IMG/VR virus record: IMGVR_UViG_3300009540_000001
Location: 108,375 to 172,374 of that record
DNA: 64,000 nt
Strand: one strand, 5' to 3'
Source of the DNA: a virus
Taxonomy: Duplodnaviria; Caudoviricetes
Position 1 is the first letter of the stretch, and every line of letters starts with the position of its first letter. The notes under the pieces were generated by a model. That model was not told where the DNA came from. It searched no databases and worked only from the letters and a program-made list of their open reading frames with translations. A program made the position numbers and the translations under genes. Below, in pieces: positions 45,377 to 54,577 of the stretch.

Positions 45377-45697
45377 ATGCGCGCTACATGGTCCTTCTAC
45401 GCAGCAGAAGTGGATCGGGCGGACGTCGAACCCTCCGGCTCCCGCGACTTCTCGCGTCTCCTGCGCGCCCGCCTGCGCCTCGCGATGTACGAGCGCGCCG
45501 TGCACGCGCAGCTGAAGATCCACCCGAACAAGCATCCGGAGCAGACGCCGCTCGCGACGGCCTTGGTCGTCTTGAAGATCGCGCGGCGCACGCACATGCG
45601 GACGATCCACCCGCAGTGGTACAAGCAGCTACTTCAGACGGTGAGAGAGATGAAGAAGGTCCCCGTCGACCTCGACGCCCCTTCGTTTACGGAGTAA
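45377..45697 (+). CDS. Hypothetical protein
   Basis: TACACT box 6 nt before ATG. Confidence 0.55.
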   Translation: MRATWSFYAAEVDRADVEPSGSRDFSRLLRARLRLAMYERAVHAQLKIHPNKHPEQTPLATALVVLKIARRTHMRTIHPQWYKQLLQTVREMKKVPVDLDAPSFTE

Positions 45698-45705
45698 ACC
45701 CCTCG

Positions 45706-46347
45706 ATGTTCACCCCCGCCTACATCATCTACCCCGTCCTCATGACGCTCGCCGTGTACCTCGTGGCGCGCGCCATGCGGACGAAAGCCCACCCGAAGAC
45801 ACTCGAGCAGCCCATGTCCGGAGACCCCGCTTCGTACGCCCCGAGCACTGAGCCCTCAGAGACGGCGAAGACCGCGAAGACCGCGAACTTGTCGCCACGT
45901 GAGGAACGCGAAGTCCAGAATCTCGAGCGCATCAAGACCGGCAAGTGCCGCTACTGCGAAGAGACAGCGACCGAGCAGTTCCCGGCGCGCGTGCAGATCA
46001 AGCCGATCTTGGACCCGGTGTACCGCCGCTTCGGGCTTCACCCCGTCGCGCAGTACAAGATCGTGCTTCAGCGCGACCCGTCGATCCACAAGGACTGCCT
46101 CTGCGGCATGCACGCGGACATGGCCCGGGCGCACCTCGAGCAGCATACGAGTGAGCATCAGACGGACTACGCGCAGTTCGAAGTGAAGCGACGCGGGGAG
46201 ATGTTCGAGTACGAGCGCTACGCCCTCGACGAGCGGATGCGCGACGACGCGGAGCAGCTGAAGAAGGGTAAGAAGAAGAAGACCGGGCCGGAGCAGCAAG
46301 GGCAGCTGTTGCAGTTCAACGGGAAGAAGAAAGCAGCGGGAGAGTAG
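45706..46347 (+). CDS. Membrane-anchored zinc-finger protein
   Basis: N-terminal TM; CRYC...LCGMH. Confidence 0.6.
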   Translation: MFTPAYIIYPVLMTLAVYLVARAMRTKAHPKTLEQPMSGDPASYAPSTEPSETAKTAKTANLSPREEREVQNLERIKTGKCRYCEETATEQFPARVQIKPILDPVYRRFGLHPVAQYKIVLQRDPSIHKDCLCGMHADMARAHLEQHTSEHQTDYAQFEVKRRGEMFEYERYALDERMRDDAEQLKKGKKKKTGPEQQGQLLQFNGKKKAAGE

Positions 46348-46349
46348 CG

Positions 46350-46730
46350 ATGTTGATCAAGATGACCGGGGCCGAGCTGCGCAAGACCCTCGACGGAACG
46401 ATCGAGCGCCTGCTGACGCACGAAGGCCGCGTCCAGGAGTTCCTCGAGAAGCACCGCGCCGCGCACGCCAAGGCGTCCCCCGGGGCGCGCGGAGAGTGCG
46501 CGACGATCGTGACCGTGCGCGCCGCGCTCGCGCAGATGACGGCCGACGGCTTTCGTCTACGTGCGATGCGCGAGGCCCTGCGGGTCTCGGAGACGTACAC
46601 GCTGTCGATGCGCAACTACGTCGTGCACTACGCGACGCTGTCGTACGACTCGATGAGCTTGCCGGACCCGGAGGAGAGCGTCTCGAACGAGACGCTCGGC
46701 GGGCGGAGCTCGCTGTTCTCGTCGAACTGA
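46350..46730 (+). CDS. Hypothetical protein
   Basis: 126 aa; GGAG SD. Confidence 0.6.
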   Translation: MLIKMTGAELRKTLDGTIERLLTHEGRVQEFLEKHRAAHAKASPGARGECATIVTVRAALAQMTADGFRLRAMREALRVSETYTLSMRNYVVHYATLSYDSMSLPDPEESVSNETLGGRSSLFSSN

Positions 46731-46748
46731 TCGGGCTACCCTTGCGCC

Positions 46749-47039
46749 ATGCGCGCCCTTCTCTTCTCCCTCGCCCTCCACACGGCGTTCGGGCTGTCCT
46801 CCGCGACGTGCCGCGACGCTCTCCGCAACGACCTCGACCCCCCTGTTAGCCAGTGCGAACCGTACGCCACGCGCTGCGTGGCGCAGTCGGCGCAGCTGTG
46901 CACGGAGTCGCGGCGCTGGCGCGAGCACACGAACTGCGCCCTGGTGACGCCCGGGGCGTGGGTGTGCGCGCGCAACGCCGCTGAGGAGTCCGTCTGCATG
47001 CAAGACCTCGACGCAGGAGTCTCCGATGTCGGTCGCTGA
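46749..47039 (+). CDS. Secreted Cys-rich small protein
   Basis: Signal-peptide-like N-terminus; multiple Cys. Confidence 0.55.
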   Translation: MRALLFSLALHTAFGLSSATCRDALRNDLDPPVSQCEPYATRCVAQSAQLCTESRRWREHTNCALVTPGAWVCARNAAEESVCMQDLDAGVSDVGR

Positions 47040-47634
47040 CCTGATCCAGCCCATTCACATCCGCGCGTTCTCCGAGCAGACCTCGGCGAAGTACAAGTCG
47101 GTCGTCCTCAGCCCGACGGTCAAAGAGGACGTACAACGGGCGGCTGACTTCTTGAACGCCATGGGCATCGTGAACACGACAGCCCACCTGAAGTCCTACG
47201 CGTTCACCCTCGGCACTGTGATCTGGTACCCCTTCGACGTCGTGAACCCGGCGCCGCTCGGGGGCTGGACGCTGGCGTGGCAGATCATCACGATCGCCCA
47301 CGAGCACGTGCACGTGGAGGACGCGCTCGAAGTCGGCGTCGACAAGTTCGCGAAGGACTACGTCCTCTCGAGCGAAGCGCGCGCCACGCGTTGGGAGGCG
47401 AAGGCCTACTGCGTGACCGCAGAGCTCGCCCCCGTCCTGTGGGACGGTTGGCACCCGGACCCCTCCGAGATCGTCGCCCCGCTGCGCGCCTACGGCTGCA
47501 CCGACGCGGACATCCGAGGGGCCGCCGAGGTCGTTCGACTGCGTCAGGCCGCGATCAAGGCGGGCGGCGTGCTCTCGGGGCAGGCGCGCTTCGCCATCGA
47601 GTTCCTCCGCAAGGCCCGCCTCTACACGCCGTAA
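47026..47634 (+). CDS. HExxH metallopeptidase-like protein
   Basis: AHEHVH...WEAKAY. Confidence 0.65.
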   Translation: MSVADLIQPIHIRAFSEQTSAKYKSVVLSPTVKEDVQRAADFLNAMGIVNTTAHLKSYAFTLGTVIWYPFDVVNPAPLGGWTLAWQIITIAHEHVHVEDALEVGVDKFAKDYVLSSEARATRWEAKAYCVTAELAPVLWDGWHPDPSEIVAPLRAYGCTDADIRGAAEVVRLRQAAIKAGGVLSGQARFAIEFLRKARLYTP

Positions 47635-47683
47635 AGACCCCGCGTAGTTGACGACTTGGGGTAACTTCTCTTACGATCCTCGC

Positions 47684-47983
47684 ATGATGAATCTGGAGAA
47701 GCTCCTCAAGCGCCTTCCCAAGGGCTTCCTCGACGAGTGCGAGACCTGGGACGAGGCCCAACTCAAAGCCGACATCATCCAGTCCGAGAAGAACATCGAG
47801 GTCGTTGAGACCGCGAAGGCGGACGACGAGAAGCTCACCCAGGCCAAGGAGATGGTCAAGGAGATGACGGCCCCGTACACCGACGCGGTCAAGGCGCAGC
47901 GCGCCAAGATCGCGTACGTGATGTACCGGTTGGCCGAGCTCGGGAAGGCGCCGCTGGGGGACGTCGAGGGGTTCGATGAGTGA
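47684..47983 (+). CDS. Coiled-coil hypothetical protein
   Basis: Preceded by TTGACG-N18-TACGAT, with ATG 6 nt after. Confidence 0.65.
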   Translation: MMNLEKLLKRLPKGFLDECETWDEAQLKADIIQSEKNIEVVETAKADDEKLTQAKEMVKEMTAPYTDAVKAQRAKIAYVMYRLAELGKAPLGDVEGFDE

Positions 47984-48191
47984 CCGACGCACGAAGGTCG
48001 CCAAGCTCAGCGCCCGCGTCGAAGAGCTCGAGGCAGAGAACGCCAAGCTGCGGCTCGAGCTCGCGGGGCACATCGGCGCCGACGCGATTCGTGCGGCGCT
48101 GAACGCGCCGTCGGAGACATCGAAGGTCGTGACCATCAATGATGGACGCCAGGACGGCCTCTCGGGCCTCGCACGGCGAACATCTCAGTGA
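47976..48191 (+). CDS. Small coiled-coil protein
   Basis: VEELEAENAKLR; coupled. Confidence 0.55.
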   Translation: MSDRRTKVAKLSARVEELEAENAKLRLELAGHIGADAIRAALNAPSETSKVVTINDGRQDGLSGLARRTSQ

Positions 48192-48739
48192 GCACGATCC
48201 TTCTGGACATGGACGGCGTCCTCGCCAACTTCGACCAAGGCCACGTCGACGCTTGCATCCGTGCGGGCATCCCACGTGCTCTGCACGGCGAAGACCGCGC
48301 GGAGTGGGACCTGCTCTCCACGGTTCCACGGGAAGACCGCGCGCGGCTCCTGCGCCTCTGGCACGCTCCGGGTTTCTTTCGCGCACTCTACCCGATGGAC
48401 GGCGCAGTCGACGGGGCCCGGACTTTACGCCGTCAAGGTCATGAGGTCTTCATCTGCACCGCGCCGCTGCTCAACCACGCGACCTGCGCGGCCGAGAAGA
48501 TCGAGTGGGTTCGCGCGCACCTCGGCGACGACTTCGCCGCCAGGGTGATCATCACCCGTGACAAGACGCTCATTCACGGCGACTACCTCGTCGACGACCG
48601 CCCTAACATCCACGGAGTTCACACGCCCACATGGAAACACCTCCTGTTCGAGGCACCCTGCAACCGCAACGACCCGCGCGGAACCTGGAACTGGAGGAGG
48701 CTCCGGCAGGAGTTCACGACTCCTCGAGCGCCGCGATAG
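48188..48739 (+). CDS. 5'(3')-deoxyribonucleotidase (HAD, NT5C family)
   Basis: DMDGVLANF...EKIEW...DKTLIHGDYLVDD. Confidence 0.9.
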   Translation: MSTILLDMDGVLANFDQGHVDACIRAGIPRALHGEDRAEWDLLSTVPREDRARLLRLWHAPGFFRALYPMDGAVDGARTLRRQGHEVFICTAPLLNHATCAAEKIEWVRAHLGDDFAARVIITRDKTLIHGDYLVDDRPNIHGVHTPTWKHLLFEAPCNRNDPRGTWNWRRLRQEFTTPRAPR

Positions 48740-49053
48740 CGAAGTCTGACGGCGCAGGGGACGCCCCTCCGTATGCTCGCGACCTCGCGCCCCGCCGATT
48801 CGTCCTCCTCGACGAGCTCTGGGAACTGATCCAGGGCGAGACGGAGTTCGACGACATCCTTCGCGCCATCGACCGCGCCAAGGCGCTATCGAAGACCCGC
48901 AAGGTTATCATCGCCAAGATCGAGGGCGTCAAGTACCTCGACATGAGCTACTGGGGCCCGGAGGGCTGGAGCCCGACGACGCGGCAGCGTGTGACGCACA
49001 CGGCGCGCAGAGTGAAGCGGACGATGCCCAGGCATCGCCCAATGTCCCCGTGA
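48631..49053 (+). CDS. Hypothetical protein (start uncertain)
   Basis: 3' half protein-like; 5' part overlaps the upstream gene. Confidence 0.35.
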   Translation: METPPVRGTLQPQRPARNLELEEAPAGVHDSSSAAIAKSDGAGDAPPYARDLAPRRFVLLDELWELIQGETEFDDILRAIDRAKALSKTRKVIIAKIEGVKYLDMSYWGPEGWSPTTRQRVTHTARRVKRTMPRHRPMSP

Positions 49054-49073
49054 TTCTACCTCGGAGGCCTCGT

Positions 49074-49796
49074 ATGGACGTCATCGGCTTCGCCGGCCCC
49101 ATGGGCTCGGGCAAAGACACCGCTGCCTCGAGCATCGCACGCCGTAAAGCGACGGTCATCGTCGCCCTCGCCGACCCGCTGAAGCGCATGGCGACGGAGT
49201 GGTTCGGGATTCCCCACGACAACGTCTGGGGCACGCTCGAGCAGAAGAACGCGCCTCTCGCGACGCCCATCGACGCCCAGGCCCTCGCCCACGCGAAGAC
49301 CTTCGCGGACAAGCTGGTGGCGCTCACGCGGGGCGAGAAGAGTGAGGCCGAAGTGCTCGCGGCGATGGACGCGGCGTTCCTCCCGCACCTGCCCATCCGC
49401 ACCGCGCGTAAACTCATGCAGGAAATCGGAACAGGCCTGGGGAGGTCTCTCTCCCCTGACCTGTGGCTGATGTCCCTGCACGACGTCCTCCGCGCCCTGC
49501 GGCACGGCGCGGCGTACACGCGGCAGGGCGGCATAGACCTCCAGCGCGGCGCGCTGCACACGTACGACGTGACGGCCGTGCCGGACGTCCGCTTTCCGAA
49601 CGAGGCGAAATACATCAAGGAGGTGCTCGGAGGGAGTGTCGTCTGGATCGAGAGCGGCGCGCGCGTCGCTCGGCCCGAGGGCTTCGCGCATGCGTCGGAG
49701 CCGACGTACGAAGCGCTCGCGCCGTGGGTGACGCACGTAGTGAAGAACGAGACCACCGTCGAGGACTTCGAAGAAGCCCTCCGGGTCGCCGTCTGA
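49074..49796 (+). CDS. Deoxynucleoside monophosphate kinase
   Basis: GPMGSGKDT, ADPLK, RKLMQEIGT, DVRFPNE, HASE. Confidence 0.9.
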   Translation: MDVIGFAGPMGSGKDTAASSIARRKATVIVALADPLKRMATEWFGIPHDNVWGTLEQKNAPLATPIDAQALAHAKTFADKLVALTRGEKSEAEVLAAMDAAFLPHLPIRTARKLMQEIGTGLGRSLSPDLWLMSLHDVLRALRHGAAYTRQGGIDLQRGALHTYDVTAVPDVRFPNEAKYIKEVLGGSVVWIESGARVARPEGFAHASEPTYEALAPWVTHVVKNETTVEDFEEALRVAV

Positions 49797-49799
49797 CGC

Positions 49800-50387
49800 T
49801 TACACCCCCTCCGTCTCCCGCTTCTTCCCCAGGGCCTTCGCACCGAGCATCCCACCGACCAGCCCGAGGCCCACGCCGCCCGCGACGCCAGCGGCGAGGT
49901 GCCCTGCGCCGTAGCCCTTGGGGGCGGGGGCGGGCGCCGGGAGCGGCGCGGGCGTCGGCACCGGGTCCTTGGCGACTTGCTGCATGATGCCGTCTGCTTC
50001 GCCCTTCGCCGCGCGGATCTTCTGCTTCAGCCCCGCCTGCTCTTGGATCACTTGCGCGAGGGCTTTGCGGTCGATGTCGGCGACGTTCTCGCGCAGCTTC
50101 GCTTTGCGGAGGGCGTCGAGGTGTTGCGGGGTGATCTCGCTGAAGACTTGAGAGTCGCGAATATCGCTCGCGGCATTCGCAGCTGTTCGGCGACGGATCG
50201 AGGAGCGGTCTTGGAGAAAGGACCTACTGCCTTGCCCGTCTGCCAGGAAGTTTCGGGCGCGCGACTCCGCTAGTTCAGCTTTCATGCGCATCCGCGCCGC
50301 GAACTGCGCCAACCTCTCCGGCGACGCATGCGACGCGGCGACGCGCCTTTCGATGTCTGCGGGGGTCAGTGCTACTTTGATGCTCAT
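49800..50387 (-). CDS. Ala-rich protein with C-terminal glycine zipper
   Basis: LAAGVAGGVGLGLVGGMLG. Confidence 0.6.
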   Translation of the reverse strand: MSIKVALTPADIERRVAASHASPERLAQFAARMRMKAELAESRARNFLADGQGSRSFLQDRSSIRRRTAANAASDIRDSQVFSEITPQHLDALRKAKLRENVADIDRKALAQVIQEQAGLKQKIRAAKGEADGIMQQVAKDPVPTPAPLPAPAPAPKGYGAGHLAAGVAGGVGLGLVGGMLGAKALGKKRETEGV

Positions 50388-51838
50388 CGCTCGTCTTTCT
50401 TCCTCAACGGCCCTCGATCACTCGCCTCCTGCATCGCCCCCATCAACTCCTCTCCGAGCCGACCCTTCTCCCGGGCCGTCTGCGCCATGTAGCGCTCGAT
50501 GCCCAGGTTCGAGTCGCCCAAGAGTCGCCCCAGCAGCGACGTCGGCGGCTTCGAATAGTACTTCATCACGCGCACGTTTCTCTGGTCTTCCGGGAGGTGC
50601 GCGTGGCTGAGGTAGCGAATTCCTCGCCCCTCAACCTGCCCCGTCCGCCCTTCGTTCCAGTGCGGTTCGACCTCATGGATGGCGCGCGTGCCCTTCAGGT
50701 CGAGGCCTTCCGCGCCCGACGCCGAGATCAGCAAGTTCGGGATCTTCCCCTCGTTGTACGCCGCAACCATGCGGGCCTTCTCGGCCTTCGACACCCCACC
50801 GTGAAACACGGAGTGGGGGATGCCGCGTTCCGTGAGGCCGCGCGCGATCGGCTCGAGCCCGCCTTCGAGGTAGTTCGAATAGATGACGGCCCGGTGTGCG
50901 GCGTTGGCCTCGCGCGCCTTCACCAGATCCTCGACGACACGCTTCAGCTTCGGCGAGTGCTCGAGCTCGGTCGACAGCGCCACTCGGTGGTCGTACGGCC
51001 TCGGCGTGTTCGACACCTGGCGCAGCCCGGCCTCGAAGGAGTTCAGGCTTTTCGACTCCGCCTTCGACAGCGGTAGCCCTGCCTGGACTTTACGCTGTAA
51101 AAGCCACGGCATCTTCCCTTCGAGGAACCGGTACGTGTCCCACTGCTTGGGGGACATCTCGACGTCGATCTCCTCGTCGATGCGGCTGGGGAAGTCAGGG
51201 CCCCCGCTCTTGTGGACGTCGACGTAGCCTGCCGCAGCGTTGACCAGCTCCCCGCGATTGATAACCTTTGCCCGCTCCGTCGCCTTCGCGCCGAGGAGCC
51301 GGTTCAGAAGCCCCGGCTGAATCTTCTCCTTGCCGATGTACCGGTGGATGAACGCATCGGGGTTGCCCGGCACGATCTCCTTCCCGGCCGCGTAGTTCAG
51401 CAGCGCCCCGAGGTCTCGAGGGTGGTTGTACACGGGCGTCCCGGTGAGCAGCAGCCGCGCCTTCGCCTGCGAGGCAGGGAGCGCGACGTTCGAGGCGATG
51501 CCCGTCCCGGCGTTGCGCGCGCGCTGCGCCTCGTCGAGAACGACGAGCCCGTCCTTGCGCACGTCGTTGTCCCGCACCGCCCTTTCGTACGACCGAATCC
51601 GGATGCCCTTGGGCCGCTTGTCGAGGTGCTTGTCGAGCTCCTTGTCGTAGTTCGACACGAGCGGAGCAGGGACGATGACCTCCGCCGGCAGCCCGAGCGC
51701 ATCCGCCGCCTCGATGCTCGTGAGGCTCTTTTCGCTGCCCACCCCGTGCGCGACGAGCACGCCGCCCGAGGCCTTCAGCTTGTCGATGACGCGCTGCTGG
51801 TGGGGGAGCAAGGGGGTGACGAGATCGGCGAGCTTCAC
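50384..51838 (-). CDS. SNF2-like SF2 helicase with non-canonical Walker A
   Basis: LLPHQ, HGVGSEKS, DEAQ, LTGTP, EGLDL, QVEGRGIR. Confidence 0.85.
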   Translation of the reverse strand: MKLADLVTPLLPHQQRVIDKLKASGGVLVAHGVGSEKSLTSIEAADALGLPAEVIVPAPLVSNYDKELDKHLDKRPKGIRIRSYERAVRDNDVRKDGLVVLDEAQRARNAGTGIASNVALPASQAKARLLLTGTPVYNHPRDLGALLNYAAGKEIVPGNPDAFIHRYIGKEKIQPGLLNRLLGAKATERAKVINRGELVNAAAGYVDVHKSGGPDFPSRIDEEIDVEMSPKQWDTYRFLEGKMPWLLQRKVQAGLPLSKAESKSLNSFEAGLRQVSNTPRPYDHRVALSTELEHSPKLKRVVEDLVKAREANAAHRAVIYSNYLEGGLEPIARGLTERGIPHSVFHGGVSKAEKARMVAAYNEGKIPNLLISASGAEGLDLKGTRAIHEVEPHWNEGRTGQVEGRGIRYLSHAHLPEDQRNVRVMKYYSKPPTSLLGRLLGDSNLGIERYMAQTAREKGRLGEELMGAMQEASDRGPLRKKDER

Positions 51839-51868
51839 GACGTAAGACTAGCTCGCTATCCTTGCGGA

Positions 51869-52048
51869 ATGGATCTCATGTCCGCGACGAAGATGAACAA
51901 AAGCCTGGCCGCGACGACCAAGGCGACAGGCTCGCTGGCGTCGAAGCTGCCGCCGCCGATGAAGTCGGCGCCGATGGACGCGGTGATGAAGACGGCTGCG
52001 TTGTACGGCCTCGACGCAGACGTCGTCCGCGTCCTTCTGCGGCGCTGA
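51869..52048 (+). CDS. Small basic protein (59 aa)
   Basis: TATCCT box 6 nt before ATG; MDLMSATK... Confidence 0.55.
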   Translation: MDLMSATKMNKSLAATTKATGSLASKLPPPMKSAPMDAVMKTAALYGLDADVVRVLLRR

Positions 52049-52117
52049 CGGCGCGGGCGGCGCTGACGTCGTACGGCCCCTTGTCAGAAGGGCCGCCCTA
52101 CGGGCTACCCTTACGCC

Positions 52118-52900
52118 ATGGAAAAGTGGACCGGCGAACTGGCAGCTCCTCCCTTCTGGCTCGACCCCGCGAACGAGGTCACCGTCAACCCTCCGAAGAT
52201 GCCCAAGGGCGCCTTCGTCATCGCGTGCATTCAGGCGCTGATGAAGCGCGGCCTGCCCTTGCAGACCGCGATCGAGGTGGCGGCGAACACGATGAACGAG
52301 ACCGGGTGGGGTCAGTTCTACCGCGCGTGGAACCTCGGGGGATGGAAGATCACGAAGGGCACGGCGCGCGACGATCGCGGCATCATGCGCAAGTGGTGGC
52401 GCGCGCTCGGCAACAAGAGCTCCGGGGACAGCCAGACGTGCTTCTACCGGGCGTTCGACTCGCTCGAGCACTTCTTCAACGCGTGGATCAAGACGTTCTT
52501 CTCGACGGACCCGAAGTCCCGCTACTTCAAGACCGGCGAGCAAGCGCGCGCCGGTGAGGAGTGGTTCGACGACCTGATCGCTGCCGGGTACAAGGGCGCC
52601 GTTACCCAGAGGAATCCTCTCCCTTCCATGCGCGAGCACGCGTCGATCATCAAGAGCATCATGGTGTTCTACGCGCAGTTCGTCTTCGGCCTCGAAGTCG
52701 ACGGCAAGTGGGGACCCAAGTCGCGCGCGGCGTGCGAGAAGTTCCAGGCGGCGCACGGCCTGCCCCTCACCGGGCGGCTCGACGAAGCGACGCTCGAGGC
52801 GCTCACCGACGGGCGCGCGACGAAGGCCGTGGCGACGGTGACCCCGCTGCTCGCGGCGAACGACGACGCAGAGGATGACGACGTAGCCGTCGCGGCCTGA
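52118..52900 (+). CDS. Endolysin: GH73/FlgJ-like glycosidase plus peptidoglycan-binding domain
   Basis: ETGWG...NLGGWK...YRAFDS; DGKWGPKS...FQAAHGL..TG. Confidence 0.8.
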   Translation: MEKWTGELAAPPFWLDPANEVTVNPPKMPKGAFVIACIQALMKRGLPLQTAIEVAANTMNETGWGQFYRAWNLGGWKITKGTARDDRGIMRKWWRALGNKSSGDSQTCFYRAFDSLEHFFNAWIKTFFSTDPKSRYFKTGEQARAGEEWFDDLIAAGYKGAVTQRNPLPSMREHASIIKSIMVFYAQFVFGLEVDGKWGPKSRAACEKFQAAHGLPLTGRLDEATLEALTDGRATKAVATVTPLLAANDDAEDDDVAVAA

Positions 52901-52931
52901 GAGTCGAGCGCGCCGCTCAGAGCTAAAGAGA

Positions 52932-52963
52932 ACGCCCGAGGCCCCTTGCGGAGCCTCGGGCGT
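52932..52963. terminator. Hairpin between convergent genes
   Basis: ACGCCCGAGGC / GCCTCGGGCGT. Confidence 0.55.
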
Positions 52964-53181
52964 CTCGCGTGTCTCCTTCAGTCCCGGGCGGCTCTGGTCA
53001 GCGACAGAGACCTGATCGACACCCGCGTTTCTTACCGCGCGCGCAACGCCGGGCCAGCGCCCGCCGTAGCTCCCGATGGCACGTCTTGCAGTCCATCTCG
53101 GTCCACGCCGTAAAGGGGCTCACGGCGCCAGCATGCGTGAACCGACGGCACGCGGTCGTGCCGTCGATCACGTAGTGATAC

Positions 53182-53976
53182 CTACCCGTCGGCCGGGCGC
53201 TCTTCCACGACCGGAGGAACGCCCAGCCGTTTCGAATAGGAGGTGCGGAGAGCGGAGAGGGCGGCTTCCCGGTCGTTGCCGCGTCCTTCGTACTCGACGT
53301 CGTCGAAGGTGAGGGTGGCGACGCTGACTGTTTCATCCTCTTCTCCGTCGATCTCTTTCCACTCGCAGAACTTCTCGAGCGGGTCGTCGGTCTCCAGGTC
53401 CTTGTCCGACTCTTCGAGTTGCCCCAGGGCCTCGTACACGTCTTGCCGCATCGCCCACGTCGCCAACGCCGACCAGTCGATGCCTTTCGAGCAGTCGACC
53501 AGCCCTTCGTCGATGCCGTAGCTGTCGTTCTTGCTGCACAGGACCACCGCCTGCGCTTGCACGGTGTAGGTGCAGTGTGACTCGCACGCGCTCTCGATGT
53601 GCTCGGTGAGCTCGTCGTCCGACGTGATGTCGCCGCTGAGCAGCTCCTGGAGCGCGTCGTCTGCGTTGCTGCGGACGTCTTGGTTGTAGTCGCGGTTCAG
53701 GAGTTCGAGCGCCTTCTTGAAGAGGGCGTCCGGGCCGTCGTTCTTACGAACGAAGTGGACGAACTCGGCGTTGTTACGATCGAGGACGACCTTCAGCGCC
53801 GCCTGGTACTCGTCGTTCGTAGGCTTCGCCCTCCATACCGAAGGCAAGAAGCCCCCCTTGGCGATCCACCCGTGCAGTGCCTCGAACTGCTCGTAGAAGC
53901 GCTCAGGCTTCTCGATGCCGCCCTCCGCCTCTTCCAGCTGTTCGAGGAGGTTCTTCAGCGCCGCATCAGGATCCAT
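53182..53976 (-). CDS. Acidic multi-domain protein with Ocr-like central region
   Basis: DITSDDELTEHIESAC...DEGLVDCSK; very acidic. Confidence 0.5.
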   Translation of the reverse strand: MDPDAALKNLLEQLEEAEGGIEKPERFYEQFEALHGWIAKGGFLPSVWRAKPTNDEYQAALKVVLDRNNAEFVHFVRKNDGPDALFKKALELLNRDYNQDVRSNADDALQELLSGDITSDDELTEHIESACESHCTYTVQAQAVVLCSKNDSYGIDEGLVDCSKGIDWSALATWAMRQDVYEALGQLEESDKDLETDDPLEKFCEWKEIDGEEDETVSVATLTFDDVEYEGRGNDREAALSALRTSYSKRLGVPPVVEERPADG

Positions 53977-54577
53977 CCCGCCCTCCCTTCTTTACGCCGT
54001 ACGACTCCGCGTCGCCGGTCTTGCTCAGCAGCGGCTTCACCAGCAACGCTCCCGGGTCCACCCCGGCAGGCGTGGTGACGATGAGGGTCCAGACGGTGCG
54101 CAACGGCCCCGCCACCGCGCGCAGATCAACCGCGCCCTGTTCGGGGAGAAGGTCGTACACGTCGCTGCCGCAGGCCGGGCAACGCCGAGGAGGCTTGTCT
54201 TCCGTGGTCGCCCACGAGACCTGGCAGCCCCGGCACGTGGCGAAGTACAGCTCCGAGCGGGTCCACTCGATCGGGTAAACCGACGCGAGCGCAACCGGCG
54301 CCGCTTGGGCCGCTTTCGCAGCCCTGGTCGTCTTGGAGTCCTTCGGAGACGCAGGCGCCTCGAGCGGCGCCCACGCCGCCGCGTCCTCGAGCCCGTGGGC
54401 CGAGCACGCGTAGTACGCGACCTCCCCGTCCCCACCGAGGACGGCTTGGCTGATCTTGCCGCGCTTGCACGAGTGGCAAGTGTTCGTGACCTCGCAAGGG
54501 CACGGGCGGCGGTAGCGGGTGTTGTCCGCGTCCTTGAAGACGCGGTACTCGACCTTGCAGGTGGGGCAGGTGCTCAC
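53966..54577 (-). CDS. Multi zinc-ribbon protein
   Basis: Several CxxC motifs. Confidence 0.6.
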   Translation of the reverse strand: MSTCPTCKVEYRVFKDADNTRYRRPCPCEVTNTCHSCKRGKISQAVLGGDGEVAYYACSAHGLEDAAAWAPLEAPASPKDSKTTRAAKAAQAAPVALASVYPIEWTRSELYFATCRGCQVSWATTEDKPPRRCPACGSDVYDLLPEQGAVDLRAVAGPLRTVWTLIVTTPAGVDPGALLVKPLLSKTGDAESYGVKKGGRDGS

